DNA of 64,000 nt, from positions 1,116,001 to 1,180,000 of the forward strand of contig PS015009.1 of NCBI GenBank assembly GCA_048213135.1, read 5' to 3'. This DNA is from Reclinomonas americana ATCC 50394 (lineage: Eukaryota). The translations under genes and the position numbers were made by a program. Positions 47,975 through 58,581 of the stretch are shown in pieces. Each line of letters begins with the position of its first letter. The first letter of the stretch is position 1. The notes beneath the pieces were generated by a model. The model was not told where the DNA came from. It was given only the letters and a program-made list of their open reading frames with translations, and searched no databases.

Positions 47975-49645
47975 TTATGGCGCCAGTTTTTTGTTGATCT
48001 TTTTGACCTGGTCCCTGATGTGGTCTTCCTCTTTTTTTGTCGCTATTACTTTCGTAAGCGCAACCTGGTACATCTGCAATGCTTGCTGGTACTGCTTTTG
48101 TTTATAGAGGTAGTCGCCGGCCAGCACATAGGTGTGGTAAAAGCCGGGGTTACTCGCCACCAGGCTGTCGGTGTTCACCGTACCACCATCAGCTATCCGC
48201 TGCTTAAAGTTACGGAACAACTCAAAACTGCGGAAAGCGGGTGTAAGCAGGAAACTGTCGGCCGCCACGGTTAATGAACTGTCGGCAATCTCCCGGTCCT
48301 GTTTCATGCCTTTTAATCCAAATATTTTATTCAGGTCGTAGGCCACGAATTTTCCCAGTTGCCAGGGCGATGTAGATACCCATACCAGTCTTTTTTCCGG
48401 TTCAAAAACGATGGAGTGATGGGCGATCAGCTGGTTGATGGCTTTTTCATTACCCATGCCAATATCGGCACCATGCAGGCCCTTACGGTCGCGGAGAATG
48501 TTGATGGTCTTTTGAACCGTATTCTTCCCGTTGGAGTCGAGCAGTTCCACCAGCCGTTCGTAACGGTAAGGCGAAGCGCTTTCATTCATCTGTTCCACGT
48601 TCTTCTTCGATTGTGCGAGACCGTTACTCTGGAAGTGGTTGGTGCAGATGATATAATCTTTATGCGGATCGTATACATCCAGCATATCGGGTGTTTTTTC
48701 AATGATAACGGCCTTGTGGTCTTCGGCGGAAGCTACCAGGAAGGATTCGGAAACAAACATATGCCTTGACCTGGCGATCTGTATGGCTTCTTTGATATTG
48801 GAAGCGTATTGCAGTATCTCCCTGGTAACAAGCGATACCGGCGTAGCGGAGCCCAGCGGGTAATCGGATTTGGCGGCATTGATGGTTACCGACAATCCTT
48901 TTTCATTCATACCGCTTACAGCGCCGATGAAGCCGCCCCAGGTTACGGTCATGAATTTGTGACCGGTTTTGGGATTGAAAAACGCGACGATCTTATCTTC
49001 CGCGAAAGCATCGCCAACATAGAAATCGAAGTTGCGGCCAATGATCATGGTGCTGTCGGCAGACCGGTTATCCCAGGTACCAAATGATGTACAGCCCACC
49101 AGTGCCATACTTTGCAGGGCATGGCCAATGTCGTGTGCCGCGTGATAGTTCAGCAGGCGCTGGTAATTGGAGCCCAGCCATTTGAACTTTTCCGATGCGG
49201 ATTCTGAAATACCGAATATCTCTTCGCGGTATTCGTCTTTTATATTTTTATCCAGGTTGCGGTTGAACCAGCCGATGAAATATTTGAGGTACTGGCGGGT
49301 AAACTCCGACGGTATCATTTTTTTGATCTGGTCGGTAAAATGTTCTTCCTGGCGTACCACCAGTTCTTTGGTCAGTTTGCCGTTGATAACGCCCCGTTCA
49401 AACGCATCGCCTTCCACATACAGTTCGTAAAGGCCGCTGCCGCTTTTGCGGAACCAGTTATCATTGAGGGTATAGAAACCGGGGCTTACTTCAGTCCGCT
49501 GCAATTGCAGGCTGCTCATATCGGCCGGTTTGGGGTCAGGCACTTTGGATACCTGCACCAGGTAAATGGCAAAGATCACCAGCAGCAGCAATAATATGCC
49601 GAAGACAATACCAACCCGTTTCCAGAATTTCCTGCGTTTAAGCAT
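47975..49645 (-). CDS. C45-family Ntn-hydrolase/acyltransferase
   Basis: N-terminal TM; G-CTSF cleavage site, GRNFDF, GMNEKGL, TNHF. Confidence 0.88.
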   Translation of the reverse strand: MLKRRKFWKRVGIVFGILLLLLVIFAIYLVQVSKVPDPKPADMSSLQLQRTEVSPGFYTLNDNWFRKSGSGLYELYVEGDAFERGVINGKLTKELVVRQEEHFTDQIKKMIPSEFTRQYLKYFIGWFNRNLDKNIKDEYREEIFGISESASEKFKWLGSNYQRLLNYHAAHDIGHALQSMALVGCTSFGTWDNRSADSTMIIGRNFDFYVGDAFAEDKIVAFFNPKTGHKFMTVTWGGFIGAVSGMNEKGLSVTINAAKSDYPLGSATPVSLVTREILQYASNIKEAIQIARSRHMFVSESFLVASAEDHKAVIIEKTPDMLDVYDPHKDYIICTNHFQSNGLAQSKKNVEQMNESASPYRYERLVELLDSNGKNTVQKTINILRDRKGLHGADIGMGNEKAINQLIAHHSIVFEPEKRLVWVSTSPWQLGKFVAYDLNKIFGLKGMKQDREIADSSLTVAADSFLLTPAFRSFELFRNFKQRIADGGTVNTDSLVASNPGFYHTYVLAGDYLYKQKQYQQALQMYQVALTKVIATKKEEDHIRDQVKKINKKLAP

Positions 49646-51170
49646 TTCTAATTTTTTCTATGATGTCGTCGTTACCCAAAAAAGCGATGCAGGTTACCAA
49701 CCCGCTCATGGTAGCGCCCAGGATGCCATGCAAATTTAAGTTTTGCCCCGTTAAATACAGGTTAGGTACTTTGGTGCGGGGCGATATGAAGGTTTTCAGC
49801 GGGTTGCGATAATCCTTTACAATGCCGTACATGGAACCGTCATCATTACCAATATAATCGCGGTACGACAAAGGCGTAGCTACATAATAGGATTCAATGG
49901 CGTCCCGCAGGCCGGGGAATTTCTCCTGCACCATATCAATGAGTATTTCCGCTTTCTCCTTTTTGAACGTTTCGTAATCTTCGCCTCTTGTCTTTTCTTC
50001 TGAAACGGTATTGAAAGAATCCGCCCATTGTTTTACATCATCAAACTTCATATAGGCCAGTATGGTCATCGACTCCGCATAAACATCCGTTTTGGAAGAT
50101 GCGGAAAAGAACAGCGCATAACCCAGCGGCCAGTTTTCAGGTGTATAGTCGGTCATGTTCCATACTTCGCCTTTCTTATGGTAATAGTAATTATGCTTGT
50201 TATAAGGTATACTGTCCTTTTTAAAAACGATATTCACGATAATGGATGAAACCGAGTTTTCCAGGTTCTTAACCCGGCTGCGGTAGGCGGCTTTGATCAT
50301 ATCGGTCTCCGTCATGTCCAGCGTTTGCACAGGATGCATATTGGAGATGAAATGTTTCCCATACACTTTCGACCCGTCGGCCATTACCACATGCGTGACT
50401 TTTCCATCTTCCACCATTATGCGTTTCACTTCCGCGTGGCGCCTGATCTCTCCTCCCCTGTCGCGGATATTTTTGGCGATGTATTTCCCGATGTTGGATC
50501 CGCCATCTATGCACTTCCACGAACTTTCGATATAACTATTAAGGATCATGGCATGTACATAAAGCGGCGTTTTATCCGGCTGACCGGCATATAAAGTATT
50601 GTTGCCCGCCAGTACGGCCCTCAGTGTTTCATTTTCTGTAATGGACTCAATGAATGTTTTGGTATCGATCTCCAGTACGGTCGTCTTTTCGTTGATATCC
50701 CCGCCCGACCTCAGGTTATACAATGGAAATTTGCTGCATACTTCCTTGATCTTATCGCAATAGGCCCGCAGTGCTTTTTCTTCGGCGGGAAAGTCTTTCA
50801 GCAGTTGCTGTATGAAGTTTTCATATCCCTGCGCATATACATACTCTTTGTCGTCGCCTTCAATCAATATCTTGTCAAACACGTCTTCATCCATCTTTTG
50901 CAGCTTCAGTTTATCCATGATGCCCATGTAACTGAATACCTGGTGCAGGTTTTGTCCTTTTGATAAACCCCCGAGGTAATGCACGCCGGAGTCGAAGATC
51001 ACCTTATCGCGGACATAGGTTTGCAGGCACCCGCCAATCTGCTTGTTTTTTTCGAGTATGCACACCTTGTATCCTTCACGGCCAAGTATATCGCCGCACA
51101 CAAGGCCTCCCATGCCACTGCCAATGATCACTATATCGTATTCTGCTTTCATCTGATATGCTGCATTCAA
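49638..51170 (-). CDS. FAD-dependent oxidoreductase, phytoene desaturase/retinol saturase-like
   Basis: IIGSGMGG, FDSGVHY, ATPLS, NLYLTGQ. Confidence 0.88.
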   Translation of the reverse strand: MNAAYQMKAEYDIVIIGSGMGGLVCGDILGREGYKVCILEKNKQIGGCLQTYVRDKVIFDSGVHYLGGLSKGQNLHQVFSYMGIMDKLKLQKMDEDVFDKILIEGDDKEYVYAQGYENFIQQLLKDFPAEEKALRAYCDKIKEVCSKFPLYNLRSGGDINEKTTVLEIDTKTFIESITENETLRAVLAGNNTLYAGQPDKTPLYVHAMILNSYIESSWKCIDGGSNIGKYIAKNIRDRGGEIRRHAEVKRIMVEDGKVTHVVMADGSKVYGKHFISNMHPVQTLDMTETDMIKAAYRSRVKNLENSVSSIIVNIVFKKDSIPYNKHNYYYHKKGEVWNMTDYTPENWPLGYALFFSASSKTDVYAESMTILAYMKFDDVKQWADSFNTVSEEKTRGEDYETFKKEKAEILIDMVQEKFPGLRDAIESYYVATPLSYRDYIGNDDGSMYGIVKDYRNPLKTFISPRTKVPNLYLTGQNLNLHGILGATMSGLVTCIAFLGNDDIIEKIRNA

Positions 51171-51209
51171 AATTAAATAATCATACTCCAGCCCTTACCG
51201 CCCTTTCTT

Positions 51210-54200
51210 TTATTTCTTCTTTTTTAACACAAACACCACGTTGGAAGTTGACCTGTCGTTGTCAATCTCCTTACATTCCATATCGTACTCTGCCGCTATG
51301 GCCCTTATAGTGCTGCCCGACAGGAAGGATAACTCTTCCTCCGTTTTATTGAATTTCAGTATCCGCGTCGACCATATTTCCGTCCAGATGGTCTTTTTAT
51401 GCTTCTCCTGTTTTTCCGCATCACCGTCGCGGATGATGAGTACGCCATTATCATTCAGTCTTTCCACGCACTTCCTGATCAGCGATTGCTGGTCTGCCGG
51501 TTTCAGGTAGTGCAGCATATCGGCCATGATGATCGCATCCTGTTTGTCGAAATCGTATTGCAGGATATTGACGCATTCAAAATTAATACGATCGGTCTTA
51601 CTGAAACAATGCTGTGCCGTTTCTATTTTCTGTTCATCATAATCAAGCCCCAGCACTTCCCTTTCCGGCGATACAAAATGCAGCATGTACGACATAAAGC
51701 CGTAGCCGCAACCAATGTCCAGCACTTTACCCCGTTGCGGTACCAGTTCATGAAAAAGCCGGTAGTTTTTTTCCATCGCGGTTTTTATGCGCATATACCA
51801 CTCCAGCACCGGGCCTTTATAAATATAGTTGTACAACAATTTTTCCCTGAAATAAGATGGCTGTTCGATCTCGCTGCGCAGGGCTTCAAACTCTTCCCTG
51901 AAATACCGGCCAATACCTTTGGCCCTTTCTGAATACGTGGCGCCATACCGCGTATCCGACGGCGTTATACGCGGCAGTATTTTTATGGACACCTCTCCAT
52001 CCTTCAGTAACTTATCCTGCTTGGTAAGGGTGTAATTGGTGCCATGTATCATGATGGGCAGTATATCCAGCTGCAGTTTTTCTGCCAGGAAGAAAGCGCC
52101 CTTATGAAAACGGCCGATTACTCCCGATTCGGAGCGGGTCCCTTCCGGGAATATGATAATAGAATATCCTCTTTTGATCCGGTCTTCCACCAGGCTGATG
52201 TTCTGCTCCACCTGTTCGGCAGGAAAATAGTCGGCCACACGGATAACGGCGCCGAATAAAGGCGAGTTCCAGATACGGTTGTTGGTGAACATGATCAGCT
52301 TGGGATGCAGCATGATCAGCGGAACAATATCGAGCGAAGACTGGTGATTGCAGATGATGATGGCCGGTTTGGAAAAATTTTCTTTGCTGGTGTTGATGAT
52401 ACGCTTCTTCACATTGGGCATGATGTACATCAGTGACCAGCAGGTTTTGGCCAGCATCCAGTGAAAAGCCAGTTTGCCTTTTTCGCCAATTCTTAATTTT
52501 TCGAGCACCCAGGCTACGGGCGTGAAGAACAAACTCCAGCCAATGAACCAGGAAAACGCGAACGACGATTTGATGAACCCCGAAAGTGTCCACGGGTAAC
52601 GATCCTTCACCACGCGGTTTTTAATGAGTACGTTGAAAAAGAAAGGGATCAGTATCTGCGACATGATCACCACGCAAACAATGCCGATTATGGAAATGAG
52701 CGCAATCGATTTTAATGCCGGATGTTGTGCAAAAATGAGTACGCCCAGCCCGGCGATGGTGGTGATGGCCGACAGGAAAATGGAAGACTTGAAAGAGGAG
52801 AGGTTCTTCTTCCCGGTCTTGTATTCCTGCAGCAGGCCGTCCATGATGAAAAGGCTGTAATCATCGCCCAGGCCAAAGATGAGTGCCGATACAATGATGT
52901 TGATGATATTGAACTGTATGCCCGCCAGCGCCATAATACCCAGTATCCATATCCAGGAAATGAACATGGGTATGAAAGACACAAGTGTAAGTTCGATACG
53001 GCCGTACATGATCAGCAGCACGATGAACACAAGCAGCGATGTCATGAGTGCGATGCTGGAAAAATCCTTATTTACAATATCAACAAAACGGGAGGCAAGG
53101 TATTGTTTATCGAGTACCGTTACACCGGCTTCATTGCCGAAACGGTTATAAATATCATTTTTATGTTCGGGTGTTACTTTCAGCAGCGTAACCACGCTTG
53201 CCTTACCCGGCAGTTCATTGATGTAATCGCCCAGCAGGTTGTTGCGCACCGGCTGCAGGAGGCTGTCGGGAATAAGGGTATAATCCCGGTTCAGCATATC
53301 GCTGAAGTTGCCGAAAGCGGTTGGCCTGAAGCCCAGGGCTGCTCCTTCTTTTTCGAGAGCAGCAAGCACCGCCTGCTTTTTTTCTGCCGTCCAGTAATGG
53401 TTCCAGCGGTTGATGCGGACTTGCTGCAGGGAATCGGAGATGATGAGAGAACCTACCCCCGAGTACTTTTTTATAAAGCCCCGCTGCTGCATGTCTGCAA
53501 TATCAGCTGATAACTTTTCGTTTTTTTTCAACGCGTCATCAAGATCTTTTCCTTCGGTAACAAGGTAAACCGACTGCAGGGCGAAGGCATTGATGCGGTT
53601 CAGCTGCTGTTCCGACGCTTTCAGGTCATTGCGCATGTAGTTCATGCGCAGCAGGTCGGACTCAAACTTTACTTTGCCTGCAAAAAAAGCGAAAAACACC
53701 GTCAGCCCAATGATCACGATCACCAGGTACTTATTGTACTCGGGCCGGTAACCGGCAATTTTATCCAGCCACGATAATTCGTTTTTACTGACAGTTGCCT
53801 TTTTATCTTTCCGGGAAACAATGAGGTGTGGCAGGAAGATAAGCGAACACAGCGAAGCCCCGATGAGACTGAAGGCGCCGAACAGGCCCAGGTCACGCAG
53901 CATTTCCGATTCCACAAATTCCAGGCAGAAGAAACCTCCGATGGTGGTGAAGCTGCCCACCGTCATGGGTTGTGCCAGGTCGCGGAGAACAGTGTAAATA
54001 TTCTTAGTATGCCGGTAATGATTGAAAACGTGCAGCGAATAATTCACCGCTATGCCCAGCACCACAGAGCCTGTTCCCAAAGCGATAACCGATATCTGCC
54101 CTTTGATGAGCCCGATCATGCCCAGGGCAAACAGCCCGCCAAAAAGTACCGGTACCAGTATGATCAGCGGCGCCCTTTTTTTCCTGAAATACAAACCCAG

Positions 54201-55061
54201 GAAAACGATGATGAAGAGCACGGTTATTCCCTGTGTAAGCAATGAATCTTTTCTCAGTTGCAGGGCATTACCGGCAGATACTGCCGTTGCGCCGAAGTAA
54301 GATGCCTTAACTGTTTTGAGGTCCGCGGTTTCCTGCAGGCTGGCGATCAGCTTATCAAGCTGTTCGAGGAATATCGCGTTCTTGCCGGTATTGTTGGGAG
54401 GGTATGCCGGTTCGATGAACAACATCAGGTTACGCTGGTCTTTCGTTATCACGTAACCATCATACAGCTCAAAATTATCGTCGTACTGTAACTGTTGCAG
54501 TTTTTTTAATCCCAGGAAACTGATCCCCGTAGGGTCTTTACTGATCATTTGCTTCAGCGCGAAGCCCGCAGGTGACGTAAGGGTGCGCAGATCCTGTTCC
54601 AGCGTGGCTTTTAACTGTGCAGGCTGCAGTAAGGTATCGATGGATTGATAATCCTGTTCGGTAAGAAACACCGGGAGGTTGTCGCTGATGGTACCAAACA
54701 GTTCCATGGTGAGTTCATCATCTACCCTTCCGTTCACTTTACGTACATAAGGAGAAAGCTGTTGCTGTACACGGGCGGAAAGGCTGTCGGCATACATCAC
54801 CAGCAGATCCGGCTGGGGGGCCGCCTTTTCATCGGCCAGGGTTACCATCATCACCAGCTTATCCATAAAACGTGACTGCTGGAATACCTCATTGAGTTTT
54901 TCTATCTTTTTATCCTTCGGCAGTATCTTGGAAATATCTTCTTCAAACTTCACACGCGAAGCCAGGAACCCAACTAACAGGAACGCCAGTACGAAGCAGG
55001 TAAAAAACACGGCCCGCCGCTTTTCAAAAAACCCGTAAATACTCGTAAATATTTTTTCCAT
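51210..55061 (-). CDS. MMPL/RND exporter fused to PlsC-like acyltransferase and SAM methyltransferase
   Basis: Two TM bundles (GIAVNYSLH, GLGDDYSLF); NHQSSLD and FPEGTRS; VLDIGCGYG. Confidence 0.92.
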   Translation of the reverse strand: MEKIFTSIYGFFEKRRAVFFTCFVLAFLLVGFLASRVKFEEDISKILPKDKKIEKLNEVFQQSRFMDKLVMMVTLADEKAAPQPDLLVMYADSLSARVQQQLSPYVRKVNGRVDDELTMELFGTISDNLPVFLTEQDYQSIDTLLQPAQLKATLEQDLRTLTSPAGFALKQMISKDPTGISFLGLKKLQQLQYDDNFELYDGYVITKDQRNLMLFIEPAYPPNNTGKNAIFLEQLDKLIASLQETADLKTVKASYFGATAVSAGNALQLRKDSLLTQGITVLFIIVFLGLYFRKKRAPLIILVPVLFGGLFALGMIGLIKGQISVIALGTGSVVLGIAVNYSLHVFNHYRHTKNIYTVLRDLAQPMTVGSFTTIGGFFCLEFVESEMLRDLGLFGAFSLIGASLCSLIFLPHLIVSRKDKKATVSKNELSWLDKIAGYRPEYNKYLVIVIIGLTVFFAFFAGKVKFESDLLRMNYMRNDLKASEQQLNRINAFALQSVYLVTEGKDLDDALKKNEKLSADIADMQQRGFIKKYSGVGSLIISDSLQQVRINRWNHYWTAEKKQAVLAALEKEGAALGFRPTAFGNFSDMLNRDYTLIPDSLLQPVRNNLLGDYINELPGKASVVTLLKVTPEHKNDIYNRFGNEAGVTVLDKQYLASRFVDIVNKDFSSIALMTSLLVFIVLLIMYGRIELTLVSFIPMFISWIWILGIMALAGIQFNIINIIVSALIFGLGDDYSLFIMDGLLQEYKTGKKNLSSFKSSIFLSAITTIAGLGVLIFAQHPALKSIALISIIGIVCVVIMSQILIPFFFNVLIKNRVVKDRYPWTLSGFIKSSFAFSWFIGWSLFFTPVAWVLEKLRIGEKGKLAFHWMLAKTCWSLMYIMPNVKKRIINTSKENFSKPAIIICNHQSSLDIVPLIMLHPKLIMFTNNRIWNSPLFGAVIRVADYFPAEQVEQNISLVEDRIKRGYSIIIFPEGTRSESGVIGRFHKGAFFLAEKLQLDILPIMIHGTNYTLTKQDKLLKDGEVSIKILPRITPSDTRYGATYSERAKGIGRYFREEFEALRSEIEQPSYFREKLLYNYIYKGPVLEWYMRIKTAMEKNYRLFHELVPQRGKVLDIGCGYGFMSYMLHFVSPEREVLGLDYDEQKIETAQHCFSKTDRINFECVNILQYDFDKQDAIIMADMLHYLKPADQQSLIRKCVERLNDNGVLIIRDGDAEKQEKHKKTIWTEIWSTRILKFNKTEEELSFLSGSTIRAIAAEYDMECKEIDNDRSTSNVVFVLKKKK

Positions 55062-55066
55062 GAAGG

Positions 55067-56263
55067 TTACCCGGTAACAGCGGATTTTTTATTGAATAAT
55101 TTCAGCAGCAGGTAGGTGATCAGTCCGAATGCCAGCCCGGCCACAACAGACAAGGTAATACTGCCATAAATATATTGCGTGAGGTTGGCTTTGATGGAAT
55201 TGAGCGTAAGCGCTTTGCTGAAGGTGAATTCAGCGGCATTGTCTCCCATCCATAAAGCGCCCATTTTATAGCTCGCGAAAAGGATAATGGGTATCATAGG
55301 CGGTATACTGATATTGGCCGCGATGATGACCAGCGCCTTGTTCAGCCTGAACAAAACCGCCAGGAAGATAGCCACTACCAGTTGAAAACCCCAGATGGGT
55401 ACGATGCCCATAAATACGCCAAACCCCACAGATATAGCCTTCAACCGGTCGGAATGCCCGGTATTGAACAGGTGCTCATGCAGTGTTTGCCTGAAGTTTT
55501 TTTTTACAAACAGCATCCGCAGGAAATTGCGGGGTTTGATATATAGAAAAGTGATCAGTACCAGTAAGGTGTTTAGTACGCTGATGCGGAAGAAGTCTTT
55601 GAACGGGCGGAAGTGGGATACCCTTTCTTCCTTCGGCGCATAATACACCGTAACCGGAACGGAGGTAACCGGCACATCTTTCCAGGCGGCCCTTACCAGC
55701 ACTTCTATTTCAAATTCATATTTGCGGGTAAAAAAACGCATGCCTTTCAGCATGGCCAGGGGATACAAACGATAGCCGGATTGTGTATCGGGACAGTTGA
55801 TGCCTGTTTCCACCCTGAACCAGAAATTGGAGAACTTATACCCGAAGCTGCTTTTGCCCGGTACGGAAGCCTGCCCCATATTACGGGCGCCGATGATAAA
55901 ACTGTCGGGCTCCTGTTCGATCTTTTCTATAAATAAAGGCAGGTCTTTGGCAAAATGCTGCCCGTCTGAATCGATGGTGATGCCATAACGGTACCCTTTT
56001 TCTATACCATACGCGATGGCCTGGCGCAGGGCCCAGCCTTTTCCTTTATTGGGCAGGTAACTGATCAGCTGAACGAAAGGGTATTTTTTCGCGATGCTTT
56101 CGGTATCATCCGTTGACCCGTCGTTAACTACAATGATATGACCGCTGTACAGCGAAACATCCTCAATTACACCTGCCAGGGTAGCGGCATTGTTATAAGT
56201 AGGAATAATAACGCAGGCCCGGAGCGCATCAAACTTATCCCTGGTTGGTACTGAGCCCGTCAT
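55067..56263 (-). CDS. Glycosyltransferase family 2 with C-terminal DUF2062-like membrane domain
   Basis: IIPTYNN, VNDGSTD, DSDGQH, DTQSGYR; GVFMGIVPIWGFQ. Confidence 0.9.
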   Translation of the reverse strand: MTGSVPTRDKFDALRACVIIPTYNNAATLAGVIEDVSLYSGHIIVVNDGSTDDTESIAKKYPFVQLISYLPNKGKGWALRQAIAYGIEKGYRYGITIDSDGQHFAKDLPLFIEKIEQEPDSFIIGARNMGQASVPGKSSFGYKFSNFWFRVETGINCPDTQSGYRLYPLAMLKGMRFFTRKYEFEIEVLVRAAWKDVPVTSVPVTVYYAPKEERVSHFRPFKDFFRISVLNTLLVLITFLYIKPRNFLRMLFVKKNFRQTLHEHLFNTGHSDRLKAISVGFGVFMGIVPIWGFQLVVAIFLAVLFRLNKALVIIAANISIPPMIPIILFASYKMGALWMGDNAAEFTFSKALTLNSIKANLTQYIYGSITLSVVAGLAFGLITYLLLKLFNKKSAVTG

Positions 56264-56446
56264 TATATAAAATATTTATCATGTCTGGTATCTGGCAGCG
56301 GTGCCGGTTTGGGTCTGCGAAAATAACAAATAATACCGCATGTAAGTCAGTGGGAACGGGTATTTGATTTAAATACCACCCAATCAAACAGGCCCGGCAT
56401 TCCGACTTTTAACAGTTTGTACATACCCCGGCCAATGGCACTGCTC

Positions 56447-56454
56447 TATATTTG
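56447..56454 (+). promoter_or_regulatory. Sigma-A -7 element
   Basis: TATATTTG upstream of the ATG at 56506. Confidence 0.55.
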
Positions 56455-56505
56455 CGCACTTTTTACTGTTCCGCCACCGGAACGATCACTAAAACAAGAA
56501 TGATT

Positions 56506-57096
56506 ATGAAGAAGACCTTTTTCTCCGCTGCCCTGTTACTGACCATGAACGCAGCTTTTTCCCAGCACTTTATGCATGGCGCCGGCCTGGCTTTTATGGG
56601 CGGCGTAAGCAACCACGGCGACGATTTCAGTTATGCCGAAGGTTTTACCTATTCGCCCCGTTTCAATTTCGTGGAGAATGAAAAATTATCCGTTTCTGCC
56701 GGTATACCGTTAACAGCGGCACTTTCCGCTTCCTATTCGTACAGCAGCTACTACGGTTCTACTACTTCCATTGGTTTTACCGCCAATGTGCCCCTCATCA
56801 TTAACCTGAATATGGGCAGGGGTTCTACCAAAGAGAACCGCCAGAAATTCGGCTACTTTGTTGGCGCCGGTTTCGGTTATCATCATGGCGATTTCCTGGA
56901 AACAGCTTATGATGAATATGGTTACAGTTACGACTACTCCCGCAGCGTTAATACCGTAGGCCCGGCTGCTAATGCCGGCGTTCGCTTTGGTGTAGGCAGG
57001 CAGCACAGGAATATAGAAGTGCGCCTTTCCTATATGAAAGGTATTACTGATACCAAGCCGCATATTTTTGGCATTGCCGGTTTGTTCAATTTTTAA
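56506..57096 (+). CDS. Small outer-membrane beta-barrel protein
   Basis: Signal peptide MKKTFF; Gly/aromatic-rich strands; C-terminal Phe. Confidence 0.75.
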   Translation: MKKTFFSAALLLTMNAAFSQHFMHGAGLAFMGGVSNHGDDFSYAEGFTYSPRFNFVENEKLSVSAGIPLTAALSASYSYSSYYGSTTSIGFTANVPLIINLNMGRGSTKENRQKFGYFVGAGFGYHHGDFLETAYDEYGYSYDYSRSVNTVGPAANAGVRFGVGRQHRNIEVRLSYMKGITDTKPHIFGIAGLFNF

Positions 57097-57360
57097 TCCT
57101 GCAGTTTCAGACAGCGTTTAAACACTGTTTAGCCATGAAAATCGATGAAAAGGCCTCCGCTGAACCGGTGGCTTTTTCTTATCCGCCATTTTCAGTCCAT
57201 CCTGTAATACAATACAGTAAAGGCTTACAGGCTTATTATATTTTTTTTAACAGTCCCTACTTATCAACAAATCGGTAGAATGGCACGGTTTTGGTCTTTC
57301 CGGTAACTGTTCAAGGAAAAATCCATCAAACTATTTGTCAACCTCTTAAAATCTAATATT

Positions 57361-58335
57361 ATGACTGAAACAAATTTTCCAACGGCTAACACTCCTAATA
57401 ATGAACCGCGTAAGGCGACTTATAAAAACGCGGTGATTGGCGTTTTGGCCGCAGCACTGGTTGGTGTATCCGGTTACCTGGTGTATGCTAAAAACGATTC
57501 CGCTAAAACCATACAGCAGCAGGAAACCACCATTGCGAAAGTAAGTGACGAGAAAAGCGATATCCAAACCAGTTTTGACGCATCGCTTGCCAGGCTGGAT
57601 TCTATGTCAACCGCTAATACCGGTTTACAAAATCAGCTGGCTGAAAAGAACAGTGAGATCACAAAAACAAAAGCTGAGATCAGGAGCATCCTGAATAAAA
57701 AGAACGCGACTGCAGCTGAACTGTCAAGGGCAAAAACACTCATCGCTTCACTGAACAGCAAGATCGGTGAAATGGAGCAGGAAGTAGCCCGCCTGACACA
57801 GGAAAATCAAACACTCACCAACGATAAAGTGGTGCTGACTCAGGAAAAAGAAAAACTGACACAGGACCTGACCACCACTACAACGGTTAAACAGGAGCTG
57901 GAAAAGAAAGTGGATGTAGCTTCTACACTGAACGCTTCGAACATCTCCATCACGCCTATCAACATCAAGAGCGGCGGTAAAGAAAAAGTTTCTACTACAG
58001 CTAAGCGTGTAGATAAACTGGTGGTTCGTTTTGATGTGAGCAACCGTATCGTTCAGCCAGGTTCAACTGATGTATATGTATTGGTGATTGGCCCCGACGG
58101 CCAGCCGATGAGCACTGCAACCGGTTCTACTTTCACCACACGTGAAGAAGGCGAAAAAGCATTCACTGCTAAAGTGCCCGTAGACCTGGAAACAGCGAAA
58201 ACCAAAAGCGTTGAGTTTGCTTTCGCACCGGGTACCAACTTCGTTAAGGGTAACTACAAAATCCAGATCTACCAGAATGGATTCCTGATCGGTGAAGGTG
58301 TTCGTGAACTGAAGAAAGGCGGATTATTCAGCTAA
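57361..58335 (+). CDS. Membrane-anchored coiled-coil protein with C-terminal beta domain
   Basis: N-terminal TM, long heptad region, GNYKIQIYQNG end. Confidence 0.8.
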   Translation: MTETNFPTANTPNNEPRKATYKNAVIGVLAAALVGVSGYLVYAKNDSAKTIQQQETTIAKVSDEKSDIQTSFDASLARLDSMSTANTGLQNQLAEKNSEITKTKAEIRSILNKKNATAAELSRAKTLIASLNSKIGEMEQEVARLTQENQTLTNDKVVLTQEKEKLTQDLTTTTTVKQELEKKVDVASTLNASNISITPINIKSGGKEKVSTTAKRVDKLVVRFDVSNRIVQPGSTDVYVLVIGPDGQPMSTATGSTFTTREEGEKAFTAKVPVDLETAKTKSVEFAFAPGTNFVKGNYKIQIYQNGFLIGEGVRELKKGGLFS

Positions 58336-58361
58336 GACTTATTAATACTCCATATATAGAG

Positions 58362-58391
58362 AAGCCATCGGTTTATGCCGGTGGCTTTTTC
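58362..58391 (+). terminator. Intrinsic terminator
   Basis: AAGCCATCGG-N6-CCGGTGGCTT followed by T-run. Confidence 0.7.
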
Positions 58392-58581
58392 ATTGATAGT
58401 ATCTCAACTCAAATATATTTCCCACAAAAAAACGAAGAACGCCAGGTATATATGCTAACTGGCAACCCTTTGCGGCCTTAGCGGTTTAATGGGATGGCTT
58501 ATCTGTTTTCAAGCTCAGACAATACCTTTTCATTCCCGTAACCCTCCGCATCATTATTCTGTGTATTTTTACTTCCTCCTT

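Larger units (their letters stand above)
15406..56263. other. Flexirubin-type (aryl polyene-dialkylresorcinol ester) biosynthetic gene cluster
   Basis: Co-located darA/darB, ammonia lyase, aryl-CoA ligase, ACPs, KS/CLF, FabG, dehydratases, acyltransferases, LolA-like, MMPL fusion and GT2; matches the known gene content of Bacteroidota flexirubin clusters. Confidence 0.92.

Noticed and set aside
24034-51170. Carotenoid pathway suggested by two phytoene-desaturase-like genes
   Set aside because: No phytoene synthase, cyclase or prenyltransferase is present; the context is type II PKS/aryl polyene
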